DNA of 64,000 nucleotides from Thermoplasmatales archaeon (GTDB taxonomy: Archaea > Thermoplasmatota > Thermoplasmata > Thermoplasmatales > Thermoplasmataceae), in NCBI GenBank assembly GCA_027310185.1, contig DAIDBH010000006.1:64001-128000 (forward strand). The letters are read 5' to 3'. Every line of letters begins with the position of its first letter. Position 1 is the stretch's first letter. Of this stretch, positions 30,611-39,978 are shown piece by piece. The position numbers and the translations under genes are program-made. The notes below the pieces were generated by a model, which did not search any database, was not told the origin of the DNA, and saw only the letters and a list, made by a program, of their open reading frames with translations.

Positions 30611-31609
30611 TCATTTTGTCTTTTCTGTGATCTTTTCCCTCATTTCCCTTATAATCCTTTCATAATTGAATGATGGCATCTCCTTTTCATAAAGAACCAC
30701 TGCGAGAGGCGAGAGTTCAACAGTTATCTGGTTCGTCCTGTATATTTCCACGTCTCTCCTCATTGTCTTCAACTCATCCTGGAGTCTTTCCGCAATACCA
30801 TCAACAACCAGTTCCTTTGAATTGGATAGGCCTCCACCTATCATTATGGCATCCGGGTCGAATATATTTACCAGATTGGCAACCCCTCTAGTCATGTTTT
30901 CAACCACCTTGTCTACAACACGGATACATTCCTTATCTCCTGCCTCTGCACCATCAAAAACATGCCTTGCCTCCAGCTTTTCAGTGGGAATTTTCTTCAG
31001 GTAGGGCGATTTAGCATAGGTGTTCATCGCTTCCATTATTCTCAGTGTCCCCTTTCCTCCAGCCATGATTTCAAAACAGCCCCTTCTTCCACATCCACAT
31101 ATGGGGCCTAGAGGATCAATTACCATGTGGCCAAATTCTCCTGCCATTCCAAGGGACCCCCTGTATATCCTGTTATTGATGAATACCCCTCCTCCAATGC
31201 CTGTGCTCATTGTGATATAAAGGAAGTTATCCTGCGATTTGCCGTTCCCAAATATCTTCTCTGAAATGGCCGTTGCTGTGGCGTCATTTTCTATATACAC
31301 TATTTTTCCAAGTCTCTCTTCTAGCATTTTTGAGAATTCAATCTCCGTTCCACCAAACAGGTTTGGAGAAGATCTTATTATGCCACGTCTAGCATCGACT
31401 GCCCCTGCAATAACAACGGAAATAGCATCTGGAATTCTTCCAGTTTCTTCCTCTATACTGTCTACCATGTTACCTATGAGTTCTACCATCTCCGCTGGAG
31501 AGTTGAATTTAGGAGTCTTAATCTTAAGCCTCTTATGGATTTCACCATTACTCTCGGAAAGAAATACGGAAATTTTCGATCCACCTATATCAAATCCCAG
31601 TACGTCCAG
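30611..31609 (-). CDS. ROK-family sugar kinase; probable CTG start at 31609
   Basis: ENDA, STGIGGG, AGEFGH, CGCGRRGCFE. The N-terminal LGFDIGGSK motif lies in frame in the 40 codons upstream of the track ATG (31489). Confidence 0.88.
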   Translation of the reverse strand: MDVLGFDIGGSKISVFLSESNGEIHKRLKIKTPKFNSPAEMVELIGNMVDSIEEETGRIPDAISVVIAGAVDARRGIIRSSPNLFGGTEIEFSKMLEERLGKIVYIENDATATAISEKIFGNGKSQDNFLYITMSTGIGGGVFINNRIYRGSLGMAGEFGHMVIDPLGPICGCGRRGCFEIMAGGKGTLRIMEAMNTYAKSPYLKKIPTEKLEARHVFDGAEAGDKECIRVVDKVVENMTRGVANLVNIFDPDAIMIGGGLSNSKELVVDGIAERLQDELKTMRRDVEIYRTNQITVELSPLAVVLYEKEMPSFNYERIIREMREKITEKTK

Positions 31610-32939
31610 AATCTACCACCTTTTTTACGACCAGTGTCAGGTTGTTTATACCTATAACAATCACATGTTCACCTTTTTCAATTCGTTCGCTTGATTCAGT
31701 TCTCGCTTTCCATCTTACCCCTTCAAGGGAAACCCATCCTTCTGGATCTATATCAGTATCTGCTGTGCCTTCACTGCCTATCATGGACTCCCATCCAGTA
31801 ACAGGTTTTCTCACCTGTGACTTTACGATTCTATTTATATAATAGGCTATAAAAGCAGCAATCAACAGTACAAGTATTGCAGTTATTATGAAAGAGTCGT
31901 TTATGGGTGATGGTGAATATCCTGAAGAATATGGTTGTGCAGTAAGATCATACTGGGGTGAGACCAGGAATAGTGTTCCTATGATATCCACGGCGACTCC
32001 AGCCATAAGTGCTATTCCATGTCCAGTCTTGAATTCAAGGAATATGAGTATCGAGCCCATAACCAGGAAAACCAGACCTACCACTGACGCATCGATCAAC
32101 TGTGAGCCAAGGAATCCCAAAATTATCAAACCTAGACCGAGTAATGTCATAAAAATTGTTCGGTGGTATAAATCCAGTAATATGGCAAGGGAACCAAATG
32201 ATATCAGAAGACCGTCAACTGTAGCATTGCTTATGAAACTGACAAACTGATCAAAATAGGATTCAGAAACCGTGTCCTGATGGTATCCAGCCATGTCTAT
32301 TCTTGCCAGAAAGTTGCTGAAGCTTGTGGTGTTTCCATTAACGAGTCCATTATTTGAAGCGCCTGAATAGGAGTATGTTTCCCCACTGGTAACCATGAGA
32401 GAGGCTGCAGTTACGTTATGATTATGCTCCTGTGCAAGGCTGATCATCAATGCCTGGAAATCAGATGCATCTTCCGAGGGGGTTGCAGGTCCTATTACCG
32501 AACCTCTGGCCATCCATACCTGGGTGGATGCCATTGCTATGTATGCACCGGCATAAGCACCAAAACCATTTGTCGAAATATAAGTGAAAACAGGAATTCC
32601 GATTGATTCGGTGTGATTTATGTCATCTATTATGGTTAGCATGCTATCTATGAGGCCACCCTGGGTATTCATTTCAATAACAACACCTGCAGTGTTTGTG
32701 CTGTTCAACCCGCTTAATGCACTATTGAACATGTCAACTGCCCCAGGATCTACTGAATAATCAAAATTTATTATTACCAGATTTTTTCCAGAACTGTTTT
32801 GCATATATGTAACATTTTTTTGAGTATTATGATTAACTGAATTTGCTGGTAACAATGAAGCAACCAGAATTAAAATAACTAAGATCGCCAGAACTAGTGG
32901 GATCTTTGATTTATCCATATACAACAATTTCATACCCAT
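31590..32939 (-). CDS. NfeD family membrane protein (ClpP-like domain, TM region, OB fold); catalytic Ser appears absent
   Basis: MNTQGGL, GAYAGAYIAMAS, IGPATP, PVTGWESMIG, GWVSLEGVRWKA. Confidence 0.88.
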   Translation of the reverse strand: MGMKLLYMDKSKIPLVLAILVILILVASLLPANSVNHNTQKNVTYMQNSSGKNLVIINFDYSVDPGAVDMFNSALSGLNSTNTAGVVIEMNTQGGLIDSMLTIIDDINHTESIGIPVFTYISTNGFGAYAGAYIAMASTQVWMARGSVIGPATPSEDASDFQALMISLAQEHNHNVTAASLMVTSGETYSYSGASNNGLVNGNTTSFSNFLARIDMAGYHQDTVSESYFDQFVSFISNATVDGLLISFGSLAILLDLYHRTIFMTLLGLGLIILGFLGSQLIDASVVGLVFLVMGSILIFLEFKTGHGIALMAGVAVDIIGTLFLVSPQYDLTAQPYSSGYSPSPINDSFIITAILVLLIAAFIAYYINRIVKSQVRKPVTGWESMIGSEGTADTDIDPEGWVSLEGVRWKARTESSERIEKGEHVIVIGINNLTLVVKKVVDSGRTGI

Positions 32940-33319
32940 ATTTAGTATTATTTACATTAACACTGGCACCAGTGGTCAGGGAAATATTCACCCAATGGTT
33001 TTCAAAAATTGTACTGACCCAGCAATGAATCAACTGAAAATGTACTGATGTGATCGACAAAAGAATGAAAAATTAGTGCTTCCTTAATGCAACTAAATTG
33101 CTCCTTCCTTGCCTTAGATATATAGATTTAAAAGCGATCAGGATGAAAGGTATATTGGAGCGTTAAAGTGTATAATCCGAAAAGAAAAACTCCCTTTGCT
33201 GCAAGAAATTCATTGATGGGATTAGTGATCTGCATATCATACGTCAATTTAGTCCTAGTTTCTAAATTGAAGGAGATAATATTAGAAAAAGTTTTTAGAA
33301 ACTTCAAAATGCGTGAGTA

Positions 33320-34603
33320 ATGAAAACTGTTTTCGTTAAGGATGTGGATAAACTAACTTCTGGTGAGGATATAACTCTGATGGGATGGGCTCAGGAAATA
33401 AGAGTGATGAAGAATATAGGTTTCATAGTACTGAGGGACAGTAGTGGAGTTATTCAGGCCACATTCAAGAAGGAAAATAAGCATTTTGCAGATCTGGAGA
33501 ATATAACAAGAGAAAGCGTTGTTTCAATCACAGGTAAAATCCCAGAAAAGATATTGAGCAAACTTGGAAGGGAGATTGTTGTTGACTCGCTTGAAATTCT
33601 CAATAAGGCTGAAGTTCCACTTCCAGTTGGAATTGTAGATGAAGTTGAGGTTGATTTTGATACAAGATTTAACAATAGATTCATGGACCTGAGGAAACCC
33701 GAACATCACAGGATATTCACCATAAAATCCTCACTGCTATGGGGAATAAGAAATTATCTGATGAATAAGGGATTTACTGAGGTACAGACTCCAAAGACAG
33801 TTTCCGCTGCTACTGAAGGAGGTGCAGAGCTATTTGGAGTGAAATACTTCGAGAAGGATATATTCCTTAACCAGAGTCCTCAATTGTACAAGGAGATGCT
33901 AATCGCATCTGGAATTGAAAAGGTGTTTGAGGTTGGCCCCGCATTCAGGGCTGAGGAACACAACACTCCGAGACACCTGAATGAATTTACATCCATTGAT
34001 ATAGAAATGGCATTCTCCGATCATGAGGATGCAATGAAGATGCTTGAAGAATCCATTTCAGCTGGTGTTGAGAATTTCCTGAATACCGTTCCAGAGGCAA
34101 GGGAAGTATCACTGGTAAAGGAAAAGCCTGTTACACCCTTCCCCAGGATTACATACAGTGAATGTGTCGATATCCTTAGAAAAGAGGGCTTTGATCAGAA
34201 GGATGGAGAAGATCTGAATAATGAAGGTCTGAAGATTATAGGTAAGAGGTTTGAAAATTTCTATTTCATAGTAAACTGGCCAACCACAGTTAGACCTTTT
34301 TACACAGCTACCCTTGACAGCAACAGGAACTTCACGAAATCATATGATCTCCAGTTCAAGGAAATAGAACTCACATCTGGAGCGCAAAGAGTCCATAATC
34401 CCGACGAATTAAAGAGCAGGATAGAAGAAAAAGGGCTGAATTCGGAGAATTTTGAATTCTATCTAAAAACATTCAGATATGGCATGCCTCCACACGCAGG
34501 ATGGGGTCTGGGACTGGAAAGACTGACCCAGGTTATCCTCGGGTTGAATAATATAAGGGAAGCTTCCCTATTTCCTAGAGATAGAACGAGAGTTTTTCCC
34601 TGA
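33320..34603 (+). CDS. aspS: Aspartyl-tRNA synthetase, archaeal type, probably discriminating
   Basis: [41 protein letters not shown] loop has Lys rather than the Pro typical of non-discriminating enzymes. Confidence 0.95.
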   Translation: MKTVFVKDVDKLTSGEDITLMGWAQEIRVMKNIGFIVLRDSSGVIQATFKKENKHFADLENITRESVVSITGKIPEKILSKLGREIVVDSLEILNKAEVPLPVGIVDEVEVDFDTRFNNRFMDLRKPEHHRIFTIKSSLLWGIRNYLMNKGFTEVQTPKTVSAATEGGAELFGVKYFEKDIFLNQSPQLYKEMLIASGIEKVFEVGPAFRAEEHNTPRHLNEFTSIDIEMAFSDHEDAMKMLEESISAGVENFLNTVPEAREVSLVKEKPVTPFPRITYSECVDILRKEGFDQKDGEDLNNEGLKIIGKRFENFYFIVNWPTTVRPFYTATLDSNRNFTKSYDLQFKEIELTSGAQRVHNPDELKSRIEEKGLNSENFEFYLKTFRYGMPPHAGWGLGLERLTQVILGLNNIREASLFPRDRTRVFP

Positions 34604-34705
34604 TCCTTTCTTCTTTCTTTCTTCTCCAAAAACAAGTCTATCCATTTCTTCGGTGTCAGCCGCTTCCAATTCATCAAGGTCATGTAGAATTTTCTTTTTA
34701 TCCAT
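34568..34705 (-). CDS. Putative small protein (45 aa), acidic then basic
   Basis: Manual translation [45 protein letters not shown]; TATA-like TTTATTAA about 26 nt upstream. Confidence 0.55.
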   Translation of the reverse strand: MDKKKILHDLDELEAADTEEMDRLVFGEERKKKGSGKNSRSISRK

Positions 34706-34815
34706 CGATAAGACCTAATATTATTAATAAAAACGGGAATAAAAATTTTATCATCAAGTTTTGAACGTTTATATACCCCTGAATAAGAATTTATAATTTT
34801 GAGCTATGAGCACAT

Positions 34816-35775
34816 ATGGAAATACGGGAAATAGGAGTCGTGGGTGCAGGAACAATGGGATCATCCATTGCATATCTGATGGCATTAAATGGGCATATGG
34901 TTCAACTTGTAGATATAAATGATGAGATGTTGAACAGAGGAAAGGCAAATATAGAAAAGATCATGCAATCACAGTTGAAATTCAGCAACAGCAGACCAGA
35001 AAAAGAGATTGAAAAAATAGAAAGACTTGGAGTCAAGCTAACTGATGAGCAGAGGGAAGCGATCAGGAAAACGCTTAAGCCATCTTACACAGATAAAGTT
35101 GTTACTGATATTACCAAAAGAATTCATTTTTCCTTAGACTACAATGAAATGTCACAATGCCAGCTTGTAGTAGAGGCAGCTTTCGAGAATATTGATGTCA
35201 AGAAGAGCTTGATACAGAGGCTGAGCACTATCCTGGATAAAGAGGCAATTCTTTCGTCAAATTCCTCGTCATTGAGTGTTACCCAGATGTCAAAGTTCTA
35301 CAAATACTCTGAAAGATTCATACTTACACATTTCTTCAATCCACCCTACACACTTCCACTTGTTGAAGTTGTTAGGTCAATGGAGACTTCAGGTGAAACC
35401 TTTGAGCAAACCATGAATTTTTTCAAAAGTCTATCAAATCACAGAGGTCAAATGAAACCAATATCTGTGAAGGAAGTACCTGGATTTTTGGTTAACAGGA
35501 TTCTCGTGCCTATGATTAATGAGGCATTCTTCATGCTGGACGAGGGTGTAGCATCTGCAGGCGACATAGATTCTGCTATGAAATATGGGGCAGGTATGCC
35601 CATGGGTCCACTGGAACTAGCAGATATGGTTGGGATAGATGTTACTTACGATGTAATGAAAATTCTTTATGATGAATATGCAGATCCGAAGTTCAGACCG
35701 TCCAATCTTTTGAAAATGTATAAAAATGCAGGAAAACTTGGTAGAAAGACTGGAAAAGGGGTTTATAGTTATTGA
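34816..35775 (+). CDS. 3-hydroxyacyl-CoA dehydrogenase
   Basis: GAGTMG, VEAAFE, SNSSSL, HFFNP, PGFLVNR, PMGPLELAD, GRKTGKG. Confidence 0.93.
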   Translation: MEIREIGVVGAGTMGSSIAYLMALNGHMVQLVDINDEMLNRGKANIEKIMQSQLKFSNSRPEKEIEKIERLGVKLTDEQREAIRKTLKPSYTDKVVTDITKRIHFSLDYNEMSQCQLVVEAAFENIDVKKSLIQRLSTILDKEAILSSNSSSLSVTQMSKFYKYSERFILTHFFNPPYTLPLVEVVRSMETSGETFEQTMNFFKSLSNHRGQMKPISVKEVPGFLVNRILVPMINEAFFMLDEGVASAGDIDSAMKYGAGMPMGPLELADMVGIDVTYDVMKILYDEYADPKFRPSNLLKMYKNAGKLGRKTGKGVYSY

Positions 35776-36050
35776 ACTGGAAATCTTCCTCTTTCTCTCG
35801 TTATGATGAAGGTTCCAGGTGTTATTTCATACTTTGATCTGGATGTTCTGAGTATTGTCACGAATGCAGTCTTTATATTTCTATCATGTAAAAACCTGTT
35901 AATTGATTTAATCATGGTCCTGTTTAATTCCAGCATTTCGAATCTTTCCATATTTCTGTCGAAAATGTGGACAGGCAAGAGTTTTCTATCTTCCTGGAAC
36001 AATGACATTTCAAATTCCACGGTAAAACATTCCCCTATCTCAATTCTCAT
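35769..36050 (-). CDS. Hypothetical protein (93 aa)
   Basis: ATG start with TTTAAAT box about 35 nt upstream; convergent with the dehydrogenase gene. Confidence 0.55.
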   Translation of the reverse strand: MRIEIGECFTVEFEMSLFQEDRKLLPVHIFDRNMERFEMLELNRTMIKSINRFLHDRNIKTAFVTILRTSRSKYEITPGTFIITRERGRFPVQ

Positions 36051-36567
36051 TTTTTACACTTAAGACTTTAACTCTAAAGAGATATTTAAATTTAGCGATT
36101 TATTCTCAAACAATTATTAAGGTAGAAGGAGAATGTAAAACGTTAAATATTATGAGTTCCATTGTAATTCTAGATATATAGCTTTCTACAGATTTTAAAT
36201 TGTTATTGACATGATATATCATGATTTATTGTGTATGGAAAAGTTTAGAAAAGTCATTTTTTACAACAAATTTGTGAGGATTTTATCACTTCGTCTGAAG
36301 TATAATTCAATTGCAATTGTTTCAGTGTGAAAGAGCGTATAAAACGTTATGATGTTATTAAAGTGGTAATAAGTGAGATATTGGGAGAAAATAATAAGGT
36401 ATTCAGTCAAACTTGATCAAGTAAGGGTTGATTATGAATTTGTATGATCTTCTTAAAAACTCTATGAACTCTTGAAGATAAAATAGATTGCTTTGCGTAA
36501 TCTTTTCTGCATAACTGGAAGTTCATTTTTCAAAATTCATATATACATTGTGAATATCCTGAAGAGA

Positions 36568-36640
36568 GGGCTCGTAGTCTAGTGGTTATGATACCGCCCT
36601 TACAAGGCGGTGGTCACCGGTTCAAATCCGGTCGGGCCCA
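36568..36640 (+). tRNA. tRNA-Val(TAC)
   Basis: Acceptor GGGCTCG/CGGGCCC, CCGCC-CTTACAA-GGCGG anticodon arm, ACCGG-TTCAAAT-CCGGT T-arm. Confidence 0.96.
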
Positions 36641-36779
36641 TAAATACAATATATTAAGTGTAAATATATCTCTCAAAACTTAAAACTTTGTTCTCAAATT
36701 GCATTTTTGATGGAAAATCTAATAACGGGAATCCAACATCCAAAACAATGTTTCTTAAAGACACAACAATGTATATAGT

Positions 36780-37031
36780 ATGGATCAGGAAGTCCAGATA
36801 GACATTAAGGATGTGAGACTCGTTGTTGAAGAACACCTTAAGGATTTGGGTATAGACGGACCAGCTAGGATTGCCTCTGCAAAATTCTATCAGGGCTATT
36901 GGAGTGTTATTGTTGTCTATTCAAGAGAAATAGAAGTTGGGGATAAAAAGCAAAAGGCAGGAATTATAGCCTCATTGGTAATAAATGATTCTACCAGAAA
37001 GGTTGAGTCATTCAAAGAGAACCTGACATAA
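36780..37031 (+). CDS. Hypothetical protein (83 aa), helix plus three strands, loosely PepSY-like
   Basis: ATG ORF 14 nt upstream of the next gene. Confidence 0.7.
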   Translation: MDQEVQIDIKDVRLVVEEHLKDLGIDGPARIASAKFYQGYWSVIVVYSREIEVGDKKQKAGIIASLVINDSTRKVESFKENLT

Positions 37032-37045
37032 GGACACTCTTTCAC

Positions 37046-37405
37046 ATGGGATTGATCATCGAACAGATTGAAGTAAAGGGCACAAGCAAGAGTGCCAAAT
37101 TCTCCGCATTGATAGATTCCGAAAATGAAGGTAACTACATAAATGCTGTATTACCCAGTGGAATTAGACCGGAACAACTTGGGTTTATGTCTTACAGTGA
37201 AATTCCTGTTTCTATACCAGGGTCATCGTCCAAGGAATTACATGGTTCGTTGACATTCGAGTATCTAAAACTGAATGGGATTATAGTTTCTGAACCGGAA
37301 TTCATAATTCTCGAAAATATGGATTTTCCAGCCATAATTGGAGTGGAAATGCTTCAAATGATTGGACTGAAACTGGACTTCAGAACTGATACTATGAGGA
37401 TCTGA
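37046..37405 (+). CDS. Retropepsin-like (clan AA) aspartic-protease-fold protein with degenerate motif
   Basis: ALIDSE (canonical ALxD[ST]G) and AIIGVEMLQ (canonical ILGxDxL); 119 aa. Confidence 0.7.
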   Translation: MGLIIEQIEVKGTSKSAKFSALIDSENEGNYINAVLPSGIRPEQLGFMSYSEIPVSIPGSSSKELHGSLTFEYLKLNGIIVSEPEFIILENMDFPAIIGVEMLQMIGLKLDFRTDTMRI

Positions 37406-37716
37406 ATATCCCGTCATTCTTAAGAACAAGAAGAAAAGGATGTTCAGTTTCATTGTCACAAATCTTAGTAAAAGTAAGGTTTGCCATAAATAGAGATATA
37501 TAGGTAACCCAATATATCTAGAAAGGTGCCGGATAAATTATCTAACCACGCAGTTGAAAATCCTGAGGGACTCTGGACGGATTTTGGAACACTCATATCA
37601 AAATTAATGAAGATTTCAAGATTGAATTCTAAAATGGCACAACTTACATAATTGCTTGACGTAGGTTTGGATGCCGTGCATAACTATTAAAATAATGTTT
37701 ATGATTAGTAAATACG

Positions 37717-38964
37717 ATGCAAAAGCAAAGAAAAATAATCGACAAATTTACTGCCGTAAGAAATAAAACAGTTTCTCTTATAGATCCTTTAACCGTGGAA
37801 GATATGGTAATTCAGGTTGGGAACGATGTTAGTCCCGTAAGATGGCATCTGGCCCACACCACATGGTTTTTTGAAAAATTTATACTGGCATCGTTTGACA
37901 ATAATTATAAAAAATTTAATGAAAAATATGATTATCTTTTCAACTCATACTACGAAACGGTAGGTTCATTTTTCCCTAAAAATTTGAGAGGTACCCTGTC
38001 AAGACCAGGCGTTGATGAGATACTAAGATACAGGAAATATGTTAATGAGAACATAGTCCGGAATGAATCTATAATTGAAAATCCTGATGTATATTCATTA
38101 ATGGAACTGGGGATTAACCATGAACAGCAGCACCAGGAACTTATGTTGATGGATATAAAGTTTAACTTTTTCAATAATCCCATTTTACCAGCGTATAAAG
38201 AAATAAGGGAATTTCCGAAATACCATTCAAGGCCCATGAAATTTAAGAGTATAAAGGGTGGAGAATACGAAATTGGAAATTCAGGAAATGAATTTAAGTT
38301 CGATAATGAATATCCAGAGCACAGAATATATTTAGAAAATTTTGAGATAGGAGACCGTCCCGTAACTAACGGAGAATACCTGGAATTTATTAATGCTGGA
38401 GGATATGAAAATCCAAAATTATGGTTATCAGAAGGATGGTCGTGGATCCATAAAGAAAACATAAGGTCGCCACTTTACTGGATAAGAGATGGTGATTCAT
38501 ATAACCAGTTCAACCTTAATGGTACCTATGCTCTAGATCCGGAAGAGCCTGTATCACATTTGAGTTATTACGAGGCGGACGCATATGCCACATGGGCTGG
38601 CAGAAGATTACCCACGGAGGAGGAGTGGGAAGTTGCTTTCAAGAATGAGCCAATAACAGAAAGGGAGAACTTCATGGACAACGATTTCTTTAGACCACTT
38701 CCACCTTCTTCCAGAACAGCAACGCAGGCGATGGGAGACCTGTGGGAATGGACAAGAAGTGCTTATTTACCTTATCCCAGAAGTAAACCACTTGAAGGCT
38801 CCGTTGGAGAATACAATCATAAATTTATGTCCGGTCAGATGGTTCTGAGAGGTGGTTCATGCGTGACCCCGAGAGATCACATAAGGCACACATACAGGAA
38901 TTTCTTTGCTCCAGATAGAAGATGGATGTTCAGTGGACTAAGGCTGGCAGGCGATGTGAAATGA
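37717..38964 (+). CDS. egtB: Ergothioneine sulfoxide synthase EgtB
   Basis: DinB domain WHLAHTTWFFE and HEQQHQEL; FGE-sulfatase domain VTNGEY, RLPTEEEWE, LRGGS, YRNFF. Confidence 0.93.
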   Translation: MQKQRKIIDKFTAVRNKTVSLIDPLTVEDMVIQVGNDVSPVRWHLAHTTWFFEKFILASFDNNYKKFNEKYDYLFNSYYETVGSFFPKNLRGTLSRPGVDEILRYRKYVNENIVRNESIIENPDVYSLMELGINHEQQHQELMLMDIKFNFFNNPILPAYKEIREFPKYHSRPMKFKSIKGGEYEIGNSGNEFKFDNEYPEHRIYLENFEIGDRPVTNGEYLEFINAGGYENPKLWLSEGWSWIHKENIRSPLYWIRDGDSYNQFNLNGTYALDPEEPVSHLSYYEADAYATWAGRRLPTEEEWEVAFKNEPITERENFMDNDFFRPLPPSSRTATQAMGDLWEWTRSAYLPYPRSKPLEGSVGEYNHKFMSGQMVLRGGSCVTPRDHIRHTYRNFFAPDRRWMFSGLRLAGDVK

Positions 38965-39923
38965 GTGAAATAAAAATTATTGACATGAAACCAGAAACAG
39001 GAGAATTTAAAAAAGAGATAATAAGTGGCCTGAAAAAGACTCCAAAGGAAATAAACCCCAAATTCTTTTATGATGAAAAGGGTTCAATGCTTTTTGAACG
39101 AATAACAGAGACCGAAGAATATTATCCAACAAGAACAGAGAGAGAAATCCTTGAGAATAATATAGAAGAGATATGCACATACTTTAAAGATGGAAGCGCA
39201 CTCTTTGAGTACGGAAGTGGAGGATCAAAGAAGACACAGATTATATTGGATCACTGCAAGCAGATAAAGGCATATGTTCCAATGGATATTTCCATTTCGG
39301 CCCTCCAATACTCATCACAACACGTTGCAGCATTATATCCATCCCTGAATGTAATACCCATATGTGTGGATTACACAAGACCCTTCGAAATTCCTTTTCT
39401 CGATCTTGAGGGAAATATTATTGCTATTTTTCTTGGCTCAAGCATAGGGAATTTTGAACCTGAAACCACTTCAAGATTCCTAAGGACTTGTACTGAAATG
39501 CTGGGATCTGAAGATCGAATACTAATAGGTGTAGATCTTAAGAAGGATAAAACGGTTCTGGAGAGAGCATATAATGACAGTGAAGGGATAACTGCAGAAT
39601 TCAACTTAAATCTAATTGACCGAATCAATAGAGAATTTGAATTGAATCTAAATAAATCTGATTTCAAGCATATAGCCTTTTACAATGAGGATAATGGAAG
39701 GATTGAGATGCACATTGAAGTAAGAAGAGATATGAATATAAATCTCGATGGAAATAATATTTATTTCAGGGAGGGAGAACTTATTCATACTGAAAATTCA
39801 TACAAATATGATGTGAATGAATTTAACAATCTTGCAAAAAAGAATCATCTGGAAGTTGAGAAAATATGGATTGATCAGAGGAAATATTTTTCACTGTTTC
39901 TGATCGGAACGGAAATTAGATGA
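38961..39923 (+). CDS. egtD: Histidine N-alpha-methyltransferase EgtD
   Basis: PKFFYDEKGS, YYPTRTE, EYGSG, FLGSSIGNF, AYNDSEGITAEFN, IHTENSYKY. ATG at 38961 gives an ATGA overlap with egtB. Confidence 0.93.
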   Translation: MSEIKIIDMKPETGEFKKEIISGLKKTPKEINPKFFYDEKGSMLFERITETEEYYPTRTEREILENNIEEICTYFKDGSALFEYGSGGSKKTQIILDHCKQIKAYVPMDISISALQYSSQHVAALYPSLNVIPICVDYTRPFEIPFLDLEGNIIAIFLGSSIGNFEPETTSRFLRTCTEMLGSEDRILIGVDLKKDKTVLERAYNDSEGITAEFNLNLIDRINREFELNLNKSDFKHIAFYNEDNGRIEMHIEVRRDMNINLDGNNIYFREGELIHTENSYKYDVNEFNNLAKKNHLEVEKIWIDQRKYFSLFLIGTEIR

Positions 39924-39978
39924 TTTAAACACGTTTTATTCCTTACAAAGTCTATATAGAATGCAGAATTTTTGAATT

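Noticed and set aside
33000-33070. Possible box C/D sRNA (several CTGA/ATGA words)
   Set aside because: No proper RTGATGA box, and the guide spacing is wrong.
34459-34683. 74-aa track ORF antisense to aspS
   Set aside because: Overlaps the conserved aspS C-terminal motifs by 145 nt; the 45-aa frame 34568..34705 is more plausible.
37500-37610. Fragment NYLTTQLKILRDSGRI resembling a winged-helix motif
   Set aside because: Too short, no start codon; chance resemblance is likely.
38922-38960. Track start of egtD
   Set aside because: ATG at 38961 gives the usual ATGA coupling to egtB.
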